Origin: an uncultured Nitrososphaerota archaeon
GTDB taxonomy: Archaea; Thermoproteota; Nitrososphaeria; Nitrososphaerales; CADDZS01
DNA: 64,000 nucleotides
Reading direction: 5' to 3'
Assembly (NCBI GenBank): GCA_963799845.1
Contig: CAWCYI010000004.1
Span: 608,001 to 672,000 of the forward strand
Shown here: piece after piece, positions 8,582 to 19,234 of the stretch
Position numbering within the stretch: position 1 is the stretch's first letter
How the letters are laid out: each line of letters starts with the position of its first letter
Notes under the pieces: model-generated
What the model saw: only the letters and a program-made list of their open reading frames with translations
Told to the model about the DNA's origin: nothing
The model's database searches: none
Translations under genes and position numbers: made by a program

Positions 8582-10190
8582 TCACTCGACGGCCGTGACG
8601 ATCCTCCTCAGGATTTCCTTCTCCAGAATCGTGCCTTCAAGCACGCCGTCTTTGTCCACTACTGCGATGATGGGAATGTTCTTTTCCTTGAAGAGGGTCG
8701 CGAGATCGAGCGTCTGTTCGTCCTCATGCACGATCAACGGTTCGTCTAGATCAACTTCAGACACCTTCAGCGATTTTAGCTGGCGGTTGCTCAGAGACAG
8801 GGCTTCCCCGAGTAAAAGTGTCCCAATGGGTTTGTTGGACGCGTTTACGACGACAACCGCCCGAGCGTCCTGCTCCAGGCACTTTTTCAGCGCAGACTCT
8901 CACGGGCTCGTCCTCCCGGACGCTGACGGTTGGAAGCGTCTTTGAAATCTCCTTGGCGGTAAGTTGGTTCAACTGCTGTTTCACTATTTCCTTTGTACTT
9001 CCGGTCTGGTCAACCTTGACGATTGGCGCGCGCAGCCTGAATAGCAGCGGGGCGGCGATTGACAGAAGCACGATCCCGATCGCGGTCGCGGAGTACGCAA
9101 AGCCCCCGATCAAAGCGACCGTGGCAGTTAGAGCGGTAACGAGAAGTGTTGCGTCGACTCCGCCCTTGACGCAGGTGCCAAAAGCATTCTTCCACGGATC
9201 GACCTTGAATATCCGCGAAGAGACCGCCCCGACGGATGAGTCAATTGCGAGCGCGACTCCGAATACCACGAGCCCCAGCAGCAGAAGGTACGGAGTGAGC
9301 TGGACGAAGTAAAGCCCGATGCCAATGAAGAATAGCGGCTCGAAAAAGCCGAACGTGAACGCGTGAAGCTTCGTCATAAGCAGCGGTCGGTTTGCGAAGA
9401 ATTTCTGGAGCAGTAGGCCGAGAAAGAGCGCGACGAGCGCGGAGTTGAAACCGGTGAGCTGCCCGATAAAGCCGGTGATGAGGAGGATGCCGATGATGAT
9501 TGCAAACACCGCTTCCCGGCTCTCGAATTTTCTTTCGACGAATTCGAGCAGCGGGATCATGACGTAGCGTCCGAAAAGGACAATCCCCAAAATCGCAACC
9601 GACAGCTCGGCCGCGATCAGTACGAACGATTCCCAGACGAACGGCTTGCCGGCGAGGTCGTAGATGAACGAGAAGACCACCACGGCCCCGATCTCGATTA
9701 TGAGCACCTGCGAGAAAATCGAGGTGCCTTCGTCGGTCCTAGCAAGCCCGGTCTCGGTGAGGAGCCTCGTAAGCGGGCCGGCGCTCGCCATGCCGGCGAC
9801 TATGCCGATGATCAGGGATGGTATCAGTTGGTTAAACAGTGCGTATGAGACGATGGTAATCGCGCTGAACCTGATCGTGAATTGGAATATGGACAGGAGC
9901 ATGTTCTTCTTTCCGAGCATCGCGGTGACCCGAGATGCCTCGAACTCCTCCGCGCCGCTGACGAATAGGAGGAAGTTGATTCCCAAGCTGATGAACAGGG
10001 AGATTGGCGGGATAACCTGGATGAGGTTGAAGACCCCCGGCCCGATCAGGATGCCCGCGAGTATGGAACCGACAAACGGGATGAAGCCGAGTTTCCGGAA
10101 AGTTTCCTCTCCCAGCTTTGATAAGATTACGAGGACGCCGAGGTATAGAAGCGAGAGCAGCGATTCGCTAATTACCGGTATAATGGACAT
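8582..10190 (-). CDS. Cation:proton antiporter with C-terminal CBS pair (1-nt frameshift near 8900)
   Basis: GILIGP and FFEPLFF motifs with about 12 TM segments. Removing one base at EDEPV restores ESALKKCLEQDARAVVVV...IPIIAVVDKDGVLEGTI. Confidence 0.8.
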
Positions 10191-10878
10191 GCTCGGCGAC
10201 TCGCCCTAAGATTTTGTTAACTTAAGGGTGTCTTCCAGAAAATAAGACCTTGCTGAATAAGCCCATATCATCTAAGGAACGACTCGCCACGGTTTTAAGA
10301 AGACGCAAATCAAAAACTTAGCTTTAGAAGTTCAGACGATGATGGGGGTATATCGCAAGATAATATCTCAAGTTTTCGATACTCTAACAGGTTCCTGGCT
10401 GAAGAAGAACTTCCAGGGTATAGCAAGAATAAGTGAACCAATTTGGAAGATTGGGATTGAAAGCTGTCAGAGTCTGCATATTCGGTTCTGGAGTTCTACC
10501 ACCATTATTCGTCCGTACGAGACTCCGGAAATTCAAGACTCGCGATCTGAAATTCCACAACCAGAGGAAACGAATCTGGCGACCGCGAGATAAACCGTTC
10601 TTGGTACTCCGACGACGCGTACGAACTCTAGTTTCTAAAACCGAGAATTTTCTAGGTTCTCCGTTTTTCTTTATTTTTTCTGAATTCATCCGTCTAAAAT
10701 CGGACGGGCTATTGTCAATGCATGATCTCACTATATATGAAAGGTATTTATCACCGCGGGTCTTGGCCTGAGGCCACGGCTCTCTCACCTGTGAGAGGAT
10801 CGCAATTTTCGCAAAAAGTGAAAAAATTTTGAAATCGGAAAATGAAACGGGCGGAAATTTCTCCGCAATCTCCAGTGA

Positions 10879-11421
10879 GTGAAAAGGTCAGAGAAAATGG
10901 CAACCCAAACAGCAGAACAGACAGAACCAGCGCCGGAAGTAAAGGAGGATTCTTTGCTCGGTGAGTCTTCAGAGATAATTGGTCAAATTCAGGATTTGCA
11001 GGGCGAATCCGAGAGTATCAAAGACATTCTCGACATGGAAAAGTCGTACGCCGCCGAGGTTGCGACCATCATGAAGCAATTCCTCGACCAGATTGGCAGG
11101 TCTTACGTTCTTGATCCGAGCCTTTTCCCGAGGCTGGGCCATGGGGTGAAGGAAGTGATTCTGACTCCCCAGGGAGTATTTTTCCTCCAATACAACAATG
11201 GCCTGAATATCGCCAGAACCGTGGACGACCTATCTCCCGACAGCTTGATCAAGGTTCTTGAGCGGATCTTGCCGGACGTGAAGGCTTTCCTGACCGAGAG
11301 GAGACAGAAGATTTCAGCGAGGGCGACAATGCTGGAAAAAGTCGCTGGCGAACTCAAGAGAGTTCCGAGCATACCCAAATCTGCGCGCGGTCCGTCAAAA
11401 GCTCAGCAAGCCTCGCAGTAG
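10879..11421 (+). CDS. Hypothetical protein, coiled-coil rich
   Basis: 180-aa ORF (ATG at 10897 also possible); no motif recognised. Confidence 0.65.
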   Translation: MKRSEKMATQTAEQTEPAPEVKEDSLLGESSEIIGQIQDLQGESESIKDILDMEKSYAAEVATIMKQFLDQIGRSYVLDPSLFPRLGHGVKEVILTPQGVFFLQYNNGLNIARTVDDLSPDSLIKVLERILPDVKAFLTERRQKISARATMLEKVAGELKRVPSIPKSARGPSKAQQASQ

Positions 11422-11855
11422 TCACCCGATTACTTTTAGCTTCTAGTGCTAGTGGTGACTATAGACCTCAGTCCAGAAAAGTCGTTTTCCAAACAAGCTT
11501 AAGCCGCATAGATTCTAAGCGCGTAGAGACAAGTCACTGCGGCCGCAAATTCCCTTCGGAAACTACGTCCCTATCTCGTTGATCTGGTTCAGCGTGAGGG
11601 GTAATTGAACCCAGCCCAGCAAGAAGCGTTGCGCCGAAAAAGGGGTACTCAATGCTGGTAAATGCTTCGTGCGTCGGGCCAGAGTTAGATTACGGTGTTT
11701 AAAGAAATTTAGAACTGGTCCCAAAAGATCGCTCAAGCTTTTGGGAGAGCGGCTAACGCTTTTTCGCGGTCTTTACGTTACGCAACTGTGGTCTAATTTC
11801 ATGCTTCGCGTTGTTGCGCTTAACAACGGCTACTAGGGCTTCATTCGTTGCATCC

Positions 11856-11881
11856 GCGAGAGTACGTCAGCTCTCGCTTTT
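11856..11881 (+). terminator. Hairpin followed by T-run
   Basis: GCGAGAG-8 nt-CTCTCGC followed by TTTT. Confidence 0.35.
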
Positions 11882-12087
11882 GCCTTTCATTTAAGCTCAT
11901 GATTTCCACGTTGAAATCGTCTTCAGTTCCTTTAACCTTGTAGCAGTGTCAATGTTGGTCTCTGGCATGATGCAGGGTTTTTTAGAACAAACGACATCAC
12001 TCCGATCACGCCTCCGTGAATGGAGAAGTCGGTGTCTTGAAAGCATAAATCGTTCACCATAACCGGATTGGTCGAAGCCATCCGAAA

Positions 12088-13515
12088 ATGCCAACCACTC
12101 TCACATTCTACGGCGGCATCGGCGAGATCGGCGGAAACAAGATACTCCTTGAAGACAGGGGAACGAAGGTCTTCTTGGATTTTGGTAAAAGTTTTGCAGC
12201 CCGGGCGAAATTCTTCGAATGGACAGACAGGCCAAGGACTGCCAACGGCATCGGAGATTTTCTCGCGCTGGGAATCCTTCCAGAGATCAAGGGAATCTAC
12301 CGGAGAGACCTGTTACAGCTAGCAAATTTACCGGCCGTCGAAGACAAGGCCGTTACTGCCGTAGTATTGAGTCACGCCCACTCAGATCACGCGGATTATA
12401 TTTCGTTTCTCAGGGAAGACATCGAGGTCTGGATGGGCGAAACCACGAACCGAGTAATCAAAGCGATCGAGGAGGAGCGAGATTCAAACATCGAGTACGA
12501 GATTACCGAGTTCAAGCAGCGGCCGATCGATCGCAAGGCGCCGAGAATAAAGCGGGAGATCAAGACTTTTCGCACCGGGAAAAAGATCAAGATTGATTCC
12601 ATCGAAATCGATCCAGTGCACGTCGATCACTCGCTGCCGGGATGCTACGGCTTCATAATTACCACGAGTTCCGGAACGCTCGTCTATTCCGGAGACCTGA
12701 GGATGCACGGGACGAGGCCCGACCTGACGCATGATTTCATAGAAAAGGCAAGAGAGGCCAAGCCGGGGTGGATGATGTGCGAGGGTACGCGGATCAACGA
12801 GACGAATGTTTCGGACGAGAAATTCGTGTACGACACCGCTCACCAGTACGTAAAGCAGGCAAACCAGCGAGATCTCTTCGTGTTCGCTGATTACTCCTAC
12901 AAGGACATCGACAGGTTCCAGACCTTTTTCAAGGTCGCGAAAAATTCCGGAAGGAAGCTCCTCATCACTCCAAAGACCGCCCGCTATCTCCAGCGGCTAT
13001 CTGAAGACGATCACGAGCTCGCAAAGGTGATTCCGAAGATGGAGGATGAATCTATCGGGATCTACAAGAGCCGCCTGAAAACCGGCACTTACGCAGACGA
13101 CGATTATGACGAGTCTGATCTCGAGCTGTTCGACAGGGCCGAGGTCTGGAAATCCGGCGACGTCCAGGAGAAAAAATCGAAGGTAATCATGGCGATCGGC
13201 GGGTACCACCTGCAGGAGCTGATCGACCTAAATCCGGGGCGGGGGATCTACATGCACTCCTCAAGCGAGCCGTTCAACGAGGAGGGAGAGATCGACGAGT
13301 CGAGGACGAACAACTGGTTAGAGCGCTTCGGCATGATCAGGGTTCACGCCCACTGCTCCGGGCACGCCTCGAGCAGAGACCTGAATCACATTCTCGACCA
13401 GATAGATCCCAAGAAAATAATTCCGATACACACGGAACATCCAGAGTTCTTTGGAACGTTCCGCGGCGATTCATCGATCGTGCAGGCGCAGCCGATGAAA
13501 CCGCTTGCGCTCTAG
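12088..13515 (+). CDS. MBL-fold beta-CASP ribonuclease, RNase J-like
   Basis: GGIGEIGGN, LDFG, SHAHSDH, VDHS, YSGD, HCSGHA and PIHTE motifs. Confidence 0.9.
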   Translation: MPTTLTFYGGIGEIGGNKILLEDRGTKVFLDFGKSFAARAKFFEWTDRPRTANGIGDFLALGILPEIKGIYRRDLLQLANLPAVEDKAVTAVVLSHAHSDHADYISFLREDIEVWMGETTNRVIKAIEEERDSNIEYEITEFKQRPIDRKAPRIKREIKTFRTGKKIKIDSIEIDPVHVDHSLPGCYGFIITTSSGTLVYSGDLRMHGTRPDLTHDFIEKAREAKPGWMMCEGTRINETNVSDEKFVYDTAHQYVKQANQRDLFVFADYSYKDIDRFQTFFKVAKNSGRKLLITPKTARYLQRLSEDDHELAKVIPKMEDESIGIYKSRLKTGTYADDDYDESDLELFDRAEVWKSGDVQEKKSKVIMAIGGYHLQELIDLNPGRGIYMHSSSEPFNEEGEIDESRTNNWLERFGMIRVHAHCSGHASSRDLNHILDQIDPKKIIPIHTEHPEFFGTFRGDSSIVQAQPMKPLAL

Positions 13516-13865
13516 TTCGACTTTTTTTCTCGATTGTAAAATATCGAAGTGATCATCGTGTCGTCGATCACTTCCTGGACGAGAAGATTGACGCGCGACC
13601 TGTCGGCCCGCTGGCTTGCGATGAATTCGTCTTTCTCACCGTCCCACGAGTAGATCGGGGCCTTTGGAATCTCTCGCGTGAAGAAAATCATCACCGAGTG
13701 GTCGATCGGTGTAAACGTGTAGGTGTAGTCCCTGAATCGGATCAGGGAAAGGAACTGCTGCCCCGGGATGGATTTTGTAATCACGAATGAGAATAGGTCC
13801 TTCAACGTTCGAAACTCGACGAGGTGAAAGTTGTCCCCGGTTCCCTGATCGTCGTTGTCTTGCAT
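13512..13865 (-). CDS. Hypothetical protein
   Basis: 117-aa ORF with a CTTAAA TATA-like box about 25-30 nt upstream. Confidence 0.65.
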   Translation of the reverse strand: MQDNDDQGTGDNFHLVEFRTLKDLFSFVITKSIPGQQFLSLIRFRDYTYTFTPIDHSVMIFFTREIPKAPIYSWDGEKDEFIASQRADRSRVNLLVQEVIDDTMITSIFYNREKKSN

Positions 13866-14174
13866 GAACCTCGAAATCCCGGGTTTGTCCTTTAAGCTTT
13901 TTTTGTCGGGAATGACATCGAAGACGGAGCTTCTGGAAAATTGGCTCCGGATCTTTTAGGCATTTTTGCTTTGCTGGTCAACTGACATTCATGACATCGC
14001 AATACACGCCCAACTGGAGGTCAAATTAGCGCAAGAATGTTGTACCATACTGTAAGGATATATAGGCAGGTTATGGTCAGTATAATTTCATAGATTAAGA
14101 GGAATAATGACCGTGGCCCCGTCGCGTTTTGTGCCTTGTTCTGGCTCGGAAACTTATAAGCAGGTAGATTTAGC

Positions 14175-14447
14175 GTGGAGAATGTAATTTTGAAAAAGAC
14201 AGAGACCGTCCAAAAACCTGCCCCAATAAAGGGAATCGACGAGAAAAAGCCGGTGCTCCTCGGTCAGACCCGCAGCATCAAGATCGTTGACCTACAGGTG
14301 AGGAAACGCCGTCGCAATCCGGCCAATTGCAAGTACTGCAATCTCCCGATAGAATCTCGCTACGCATTGAGCAAGGGCTCCCGCACGGGTGCGAGGTACT
14401 ACCACATCGAATGCGCGATCAAGGTCGGCTTCGACATTACTGTCTGA
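14175..14447 (+). CDS. Small CxxC...HxxC zinc-finger protein
   Basis: CKYC...YYHIEC. Confidence 0.65.
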   Translation: MENVILKKTETVQKPAPIKGIDEKKPVLLGQTRSIKIVDLQVRKRRRNPANCKYCNLPIESRYALSKGSRTGARYYHIECAIKVGFDITV

Positions 14448-14471
14448 GTCTTTGAAATAGTTCTTTACAGG

Positions 14472-14741
14472 TCATCTTCCCTTGGTAGCCATCTCTATCG
14501 AAGTTTGAAGATTCGAAATCTCTACTTCAACGTCCATGATCTCGGCCTGGCACTTATCTAGAGCGATCTCCATCTTCCTGACTCGCTCGGTCATGTCGAC
14601 TACTGCGGTCATCAATTTGGAAAGCTGTCCGCTCTCCATGTGATCCAGGTGGTCGTGCAGCCCGAGGCCAGTTCTCTCAACGGTCTTTTGAACGTCTCGA
14701 AACTCCTGCTTCACTTCAGCCTCAAATTGACCTTCTAGCAT
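14472..14741 (-). CDS. Coiled-coil hypothetical protein
   Basis: Heptad pattern; CTTATAG TATA box 26-32 nt upstream of the ATG. Confidence 0.65.
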   Translation of the reverse strand: MLEGQFEAEVKQEFRDVQKTVERTGLGLHDHLDHMESGQLSKLMTAVVDMTERVRKMEIALDKCQAEIMDVEVEISNLQTSIEMATKGR

Positions 14742-14746
14742 GAGAA

Positions 14747-14773
14747 TTACAGTAATATTACAGTAACTATAAG
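14747..14773 (-). promoter_or_regulatory. TATA box plus two TTACWGTAA operator-like boxes
   Basis: TTACAGTAA at 14747-14755 and 14758-14766, between the TATA (14767-14773) and the ATG (14741). Confidence 0.6.
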
Positions 14774-15022
14774 AATTTCTGTTTTCGGTTCTGTTAACTC
14801 TTCGGTAAAAGCTCGAAGCGATTGGCGGTTTTTCTCCCTGTTAAATTTCGCTTGATGGATTTCTAGCGTTCTGAAAACTACAGCGAACCTTTTCTAATTT
14901 CGCATTGGGGCCCTTTTTATTTTGATTCCGTGGATGTCTTGCTGTTCCAATTCCCTTCCGTCTGAAAGTGCGAGAAAAATCTGACGTGAGTCGGCAACAT
15001 GTCTTTATAGATCGAGGAGCTT

Positions 15023-15286
15023 ATGATCATGGCTTGCTGGTGGGAAAATCTTTTGTTCCCCTTTAGAGACGATAAGAACCTTTCCGCGCAACAGATCATG
15101 TTAGTCAATTGGGTCATGGAGGCAGGAGAGGTTCCTCTTCAGGAATTTGTGGGTCAGATCGACGACCTGCGCGAGCTGATGTCACGTGGTTTGTTGCGGC
15201 TCAAGATCTCAATGCATGTATGGGGGATACAGTATCTTGTCACGAGTCCCAAGGCACCACTACGTCACGATTTGGAAGTGAAGTAA
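15023..15286 (+). CDS. Hypothetical protein
   Basis: 87-aa ORF after a TTTATA box at about 15005. Confidence 0.5.
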   Translation: MIMACWWENLLFPFRDDKNLSAQQIMLVNWVMEAGEVPLQEFVGQIDDLRELMSRGLLRLKISMHVWGIQYLVTSPKAPLRHDLEVK

Positions 15287-15926
15287 AATTCGTCCAATCT
15301 CTGATATTTTTGAACTGAGTAAAGCGTCCCTAAAAACTGTCAATTGAACAGTTCACTGGGGAAATAAGTGAAAATTAGTCAATAGAAACCGGAAATATAT
15401 CGAAAAAAGATAGATTACGGACGCCCTTGGTTAGGGGGACGCCGCATCTCAACTGTTGACTAGGAGAATTGCTCCAATATTACGGGTTTTACTGAGATTC
15501 TTCGGACCCTGTTCTTGAAGAACCGGAAAAATCTGTTGTAAAACCTCTTCTGTCTGTTCCAAATTAGTCTATTACCTGCGTTCATTAATCAAACACCTTG
15601 GGAAAACAAGTAAGGCATTTCATCATTGAAAAGCCTTTTCGTTCGTCTGTGAAAAAATCTTGTCCAAGCTTTTTGAAAATACCAAAAGGATGGCCGGATT
15701 TTTGTTTGGAAAGATTTGAAATTTTTTTTCACATGGAGATGATTTCTTTTTCGCAAAGACACTGAATCCGTACTACGAATACCAAAAAAAATCGACGGAA
15801 GAGAAACAAATGTCCGTTCATTTTCCCAATTAGCGCGTGGTACACTAGACCGATTTTCGATCACAAACCATTGTTTCTTAAATAACAAGACAAAATTCGT
15901 GAAATAGTGAGGCGAAGAGAAGGAAT

Positions 15927-17105
15927 ATGGCTGGCAAAACTGGCAAGGCACTCTGCTCCCTCGTCTCAGCGGGGTGCTCTAGGTACGGGAACCGGGCAGG
16001 ACTCTCGGGAACGGACCTATTCAACGAGGCGATGGACGAACTCTTCGATAGTTGCCCCGCAATTGAGCGAGAAAATATCAATGCTCTTTACTTGGGTCTA
16101 GGGTTTGAGTCCTTCGAGCACAGAGCCAACGTTGCCCCTGGACTAGCAAACAACTACGGACTCCGTAACAAACCCGCGATCAGAGTGGAATCAGTGTCTT
16201 CGTCTGGTGGAACTTCTCTGCGTCAGGGAATTATGGGAATACTTTCAGGAGTCTACGACGTTGTGATTTGCGCCGGAATGGAAAAAATGACTACGGTTGA
16301 AACTGGGCTCGCTCTCGAAATAATTTCCGAAGCTTCGGACAGGCCCTTCGAGCAGTGGAATGGAGCTACTCTCTCGGCGTTGAATGCGCTCGCGGCGAGG
16401 GAGCATATGAGAAAGTATGGCACTACCGAAGAGCAGCTTGCCTCCATCGCGGTGAAGAACCACGAAAACGCATTCTACAACGAAAAGGCATACCTCAGAA
16501 AACGGATCTCCATCGCCGACGTTATGGCATCGCGAAAGATCTGCACCCCACTGAAGCTGCTTGACTGCTCGCCTGTTTGCGATGGTGCAAGTGCTGTTCT
16601 TCTGTGTAAACCCGATATCGCATCAAAATATTCGGAGACTCCGATCGACATCATTGGAAGTGGAGAGGCAAGCGACTCCGATTTCGTGTACCGGGAAGAG
16701 TTCACGGGATTTCCCGCTACCAGAATAGCGGCAAAGCAAGCTCTCGAATCAAGCGGATTGAATATTCGCGATATGGATCTCATCGAAGTCCATGATGCGT
16801 TCACTATCAACGAGATAATCGCCTATGAAGACCTAGGTTTGTGCGAGAAAGGAAGTGGTGGAAAGTTAGCTGAAAGCGGAGCGACGAAAATTAGTGGAGA
16901 GATCACGGTGAACACCTCCGGAGGGCTGAAGGCTAAAGGCCATCCCATCGGTTCAAGCGGAATAGGTCAGGTCTACGAAGTCTTCGAGCAGTTGACTGGA
17001 AAAGTCGATGGGCCCCGAAGGGTTGATGGCGCGGAAGTTGCCATGACGCATTCGATGGGCGGGGCCGGCGTGGATGCCCTGGTTCACGTATTCAAGAGAA
17101 GGTGA
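15927..17105 (+). CDS. Thiolase-superfamily protein (nucleophilic Cys replaced by Ser)
   Basis: GMEKM, AVKNHENA, CSPVCDGASA, EVHDAF and NTSGGLKAKGHPIGSSG motifs; VESVSSSGG at the usual VExACASG site. Confidence 0.9.
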   Translation: MAGKTGKALCSLVSAGCSRYGNRAGLSGTDLFNEAMDELFDSCPAIERENINALYLGLGFESFEHRANVAPGLANNYGLRNKPAIRVESVSSSGGTSLRQGIMGILSGVYDVVICAGMEKMTTVETGLALEIISEASDRPFEQWNGATLSALNALAAREHMRKYGTTEEQLASIAVKNHENAFYNEKAYLRKRISIADVMASRKICTPLKLLDCSPVCDGASAVLLCKPDIASKYSETPIDIIGSGEASDSDFVYREEFTGFPATRIAAKQALESSGLNIRDMDLIEVHDAFTINEIIAYEDLGLCEKGSGGKLAESGATKISGEITVNTSGGLKAKGHPIGSSGIGQVYEVFEQLTGKVDGPRRVDGAEVAMTHSMGGAGVDALVHVFKRR

Positions 17106-17497
17106 AATTGATGCCAGAAATATTATCCGTTGACGCTTTCTACGAAAACGGCAGGAAAGGTAAACTGGTCGGGCTCGAATGCGATTCTCAGCACGTCACT
17201 GTTCCGCCAAGGAAAAGCTGTCGGGCCTGCAAATCTCAGAATCTAAAACTTGTTGAGCTTTCGGGAAGGGGAAAGATAGTATCCTTCACCGAGGTTCACG
17301 TTAAATCAAAAGAGTTCCCGATTGCGACGCCCTATGATTTAGCTCTTGTCCAACTTGCCGAAGGAGGAGATTTGCTGGGTGTTTTGGAAAAAGCGCCAGG
17401 TATGGCAATCCAATACGGCGCGAGTGTTTGGGTAAAATTTCGAGATGTTGCCAATGAGAAGGGGAAGTGGCCGCGGATTTTCTTTGAATTTGATTGA
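17102..17497 (+). CDS. DUF35 zinc-ribbon/OB-fold protein
   Basis: CDSQH...PPRKSCRAC...LSGRGKIVSFT...PYDLALVQLAEG; overlaps the thiolase stop. Confidence 0.9.
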   Translation: MKLMPEILSVDAFYENGRKGKLVGLECDSQHVTVPPRKSCRACKSQNLKLVELSGRGKIVSFTEVHVKSKEFPIATPYDLALVQLAEGGDLLGVLEKAPGMAIQYGASVWVKFRDVANEKGKWPRIFFEFD

Positions 17498-17505
17498 CAA
17501 ACTTC

Positions 17506-18246
17506 TCAGTAGGAGTTCACAATTGTTACGCCGGTCATGAACACTAAGGGAGTAGGGACGCTCGCCGAATTTACTGGAACGTCTGAAATCTGCAAAGCCA
17601 CGCTCATTCCGTCAAGCACATAACCGAATACGGTATACTGTCCATCCAAGCTTGCACTGTTATTCGCGACATTTATGTAAAATTGGGAGGAACCGCTATT
17701 CACAGACGACCCTCGAGCCATCCCAAGGTATCCGACAGTGTTATGCAATGTAGGAACAATTTCAAGTGGAACTGTTTGATTCGATCCGCCCTGCCCCCAG
17801 GTACTTTGGTCTCCACCGCCATTCTTTGTATTGGGGTCGCCGGTTTGAATGACAAAGCCCTTGACTATCCTGTGCCATACTAAATTAGTGTAGAATCCCG
17901 ACTTTGCAAGACTAATAAAATTGCTCACTGTCTTCGGAGTTTGGCTTGCAAATAGCTCGATGTATATTGTCCCATAGGTTGTTCCTATTTCCCCGCAAAT
18001 AATGCTACTAGTTGTTGTGCAATGAGTAGTTACATTTGACGAAACACTCGTCGGGCTGGTCGATCCGGTTGATCCGGAAACCGTTGTCGAGGGTGTTGAT
18101 GAACTGGTAGCCGCGATAGATGTGTACACATAGTATCCACCTGCTGCTGCAACAATCACGATGATAACAGCGACAACTATGATCGTAATGCGATTGTTTC
18201 CAGAGGGAGAGTCCTGCTTCCTGTATTTCTTGGAGGTGTGGGGCAT
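17506..18246 (-). CDS. Membrane-anchored cyclophilin-type peptidyl-prolyl isomerase
   Basis: TM anchor, S/T linker, PKTVSNF, WHRIVKGFVIQTGDP, MARG...GSSQFYI, LDGQYTVFG. Confidence 0.95.
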   Translation of the reverse strand: MPHTSKKYRKQDSPSGNNRITIIVVAVIIVIVAAAGGYYVYTSIAATSSSTPSTTVSGSTGSTSPTSVSSNVTTHCTTTSSIICGEIGTTYGTIYIELFASQTPKTVSNFISLAKSGFYTNLVWHRIVKGFVIQTGDPNTKNGGGDQSTWGQGGSNQTVPLEIVPTLHNTVGYLGMARGSSVNSGSSQFYINVANNSASLDGQYTVFGYVLDGMSVALQISDVPVNSASVPTPLVFMTGVTIVNSY

Positions 18247-18314
18247 GTGGGAGAACTCCCTTCAAATAACAGGCTTTTGTGAATTTCTGTTTATTTCAGG
18301 AATTCCATTCGGTC

Positions 18315-18722
18315 CTACCAGCTCTCGCCGGATTCCTTTAACTCGAGAAGCGTGTCTTCGTTGACCCGAACTTCGCCACCTGGGATTGTCGATAGCACTT
18401 TATAACTGACATCCAGCCCTGCACTCGGATCCATGTCATAAACAGCTTTGAAGCCGACCTTTCCGAGATGGCCTTTTGATACCACTCTTCCGAGCAGTGC
18501 TTCGTATTTTACCCGACGGGTTATTGAAGACAGATACTGCTGCTTCTTTTTGGACCACTCGCCAAATGCTTTCTTTCTCTTATCGGCTTCAATTTCACTT
18601 TCGCCCGCTTTCTTGCTAGGCCATTCGCTTTCGTCCCACTCAAAACGGTAAGTGAGATCTACAAGCTCCCAGTTTAACTTGCTCAACTCGATCGTCACCT
18701 CTTTCGCGTCTTGAACGGGCAA
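18315..18722 (-). CDS. Hypothetical protein
   Basis: 135-aa ORF, co-oriented upstream of the PPIase. Confidence 0.6.
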   Translation of the reverse strand: MPVQDAKEVTIELSKLNWELVDLTYRFEWDESEWPSKKAGESEIEADKRKKAFGEWSKKKQQYLSSITRRVKYEALLGRVVSKGHLGKVGFKAVYDMDPSAGLDVSYKVLSTIPGGEVRVNEDTLLELKESGESW

Positions 18723-18825
18723 GAGAATTTCGAGGATTTTGGATATTTTCCGCTATTTACATTTTTTAAGAAATAAATTTGAATTTCACTGGTTTAGGTG
18801 AAGAAATTCTGGAAAGAGTGAAGGG

Positions 18826-19092
18826 TTAGAGATTAGGACTTCGATTCTGTAACACCCCGCCCCTTTCATACTCGAAACTGAATGACGGTGACCGGGTCGT
18901 TATTCGCTCATTCCAACTTTCTTTCATACAACAGCATGAAAGTTCAAAAATCTTTTCATGAATGTCTCCCCCAATAGAGACCTTTACGATCTTCCTCACA
19001 GAACATTCTCTGTGCCTATCTTGCTCACAAGCGGAACAGGTCTTGGGATCCTTGTATTCAAAACCTAGAATGGCGTCCAAGAGGGAGTTCAA
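18826..19092 (-). CDS. Small Cys/His-rich protein
   Basis: CSAC...HREC...SCCC. Confidence 0.55.
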   Translation of the reverse strand: MNSLLDAILGFEYKDPKTCSACEQDRHRECSVRKIVKVSIGGDIHEKIFELSCCCMKESWNERITTRSPSFSFEYERGGVLQNRSPNL

Positions 19093-19234
19093 GAAGATCT
19101 GCCTCCCGGTCGTTTATTTCCTTTAATCTAATACTAGAGCAAGCTCCCGAACCTGTACGTATCCTGTGTCCCGATATACCAGTGATTACGAAGATAAGAG
19201 AAGTTCGGTAGACCGGAAATCCGAAGTAATCTAA

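Noticed and set aside
10339-10788. Three overlapping ORFs in the 10.2-10.9 kb gap
   Set aside because: No motifs and they overlap one another; cannot tell which, if any, is real.
11562-11612. TPP-riboswitch-like words on the minus strand (ACCC...TGAACCAGATC...CGTAG)
   Set aside because: No CUGAGA element and no P5 pairing.
11599-11612. T-loop-like GGGTTCAATTACCC suggesting a tRNA
   Set aside because: No acceptor, D or anticodon arms at the required spacing; no 5S, SRP or RNase P signatures either.
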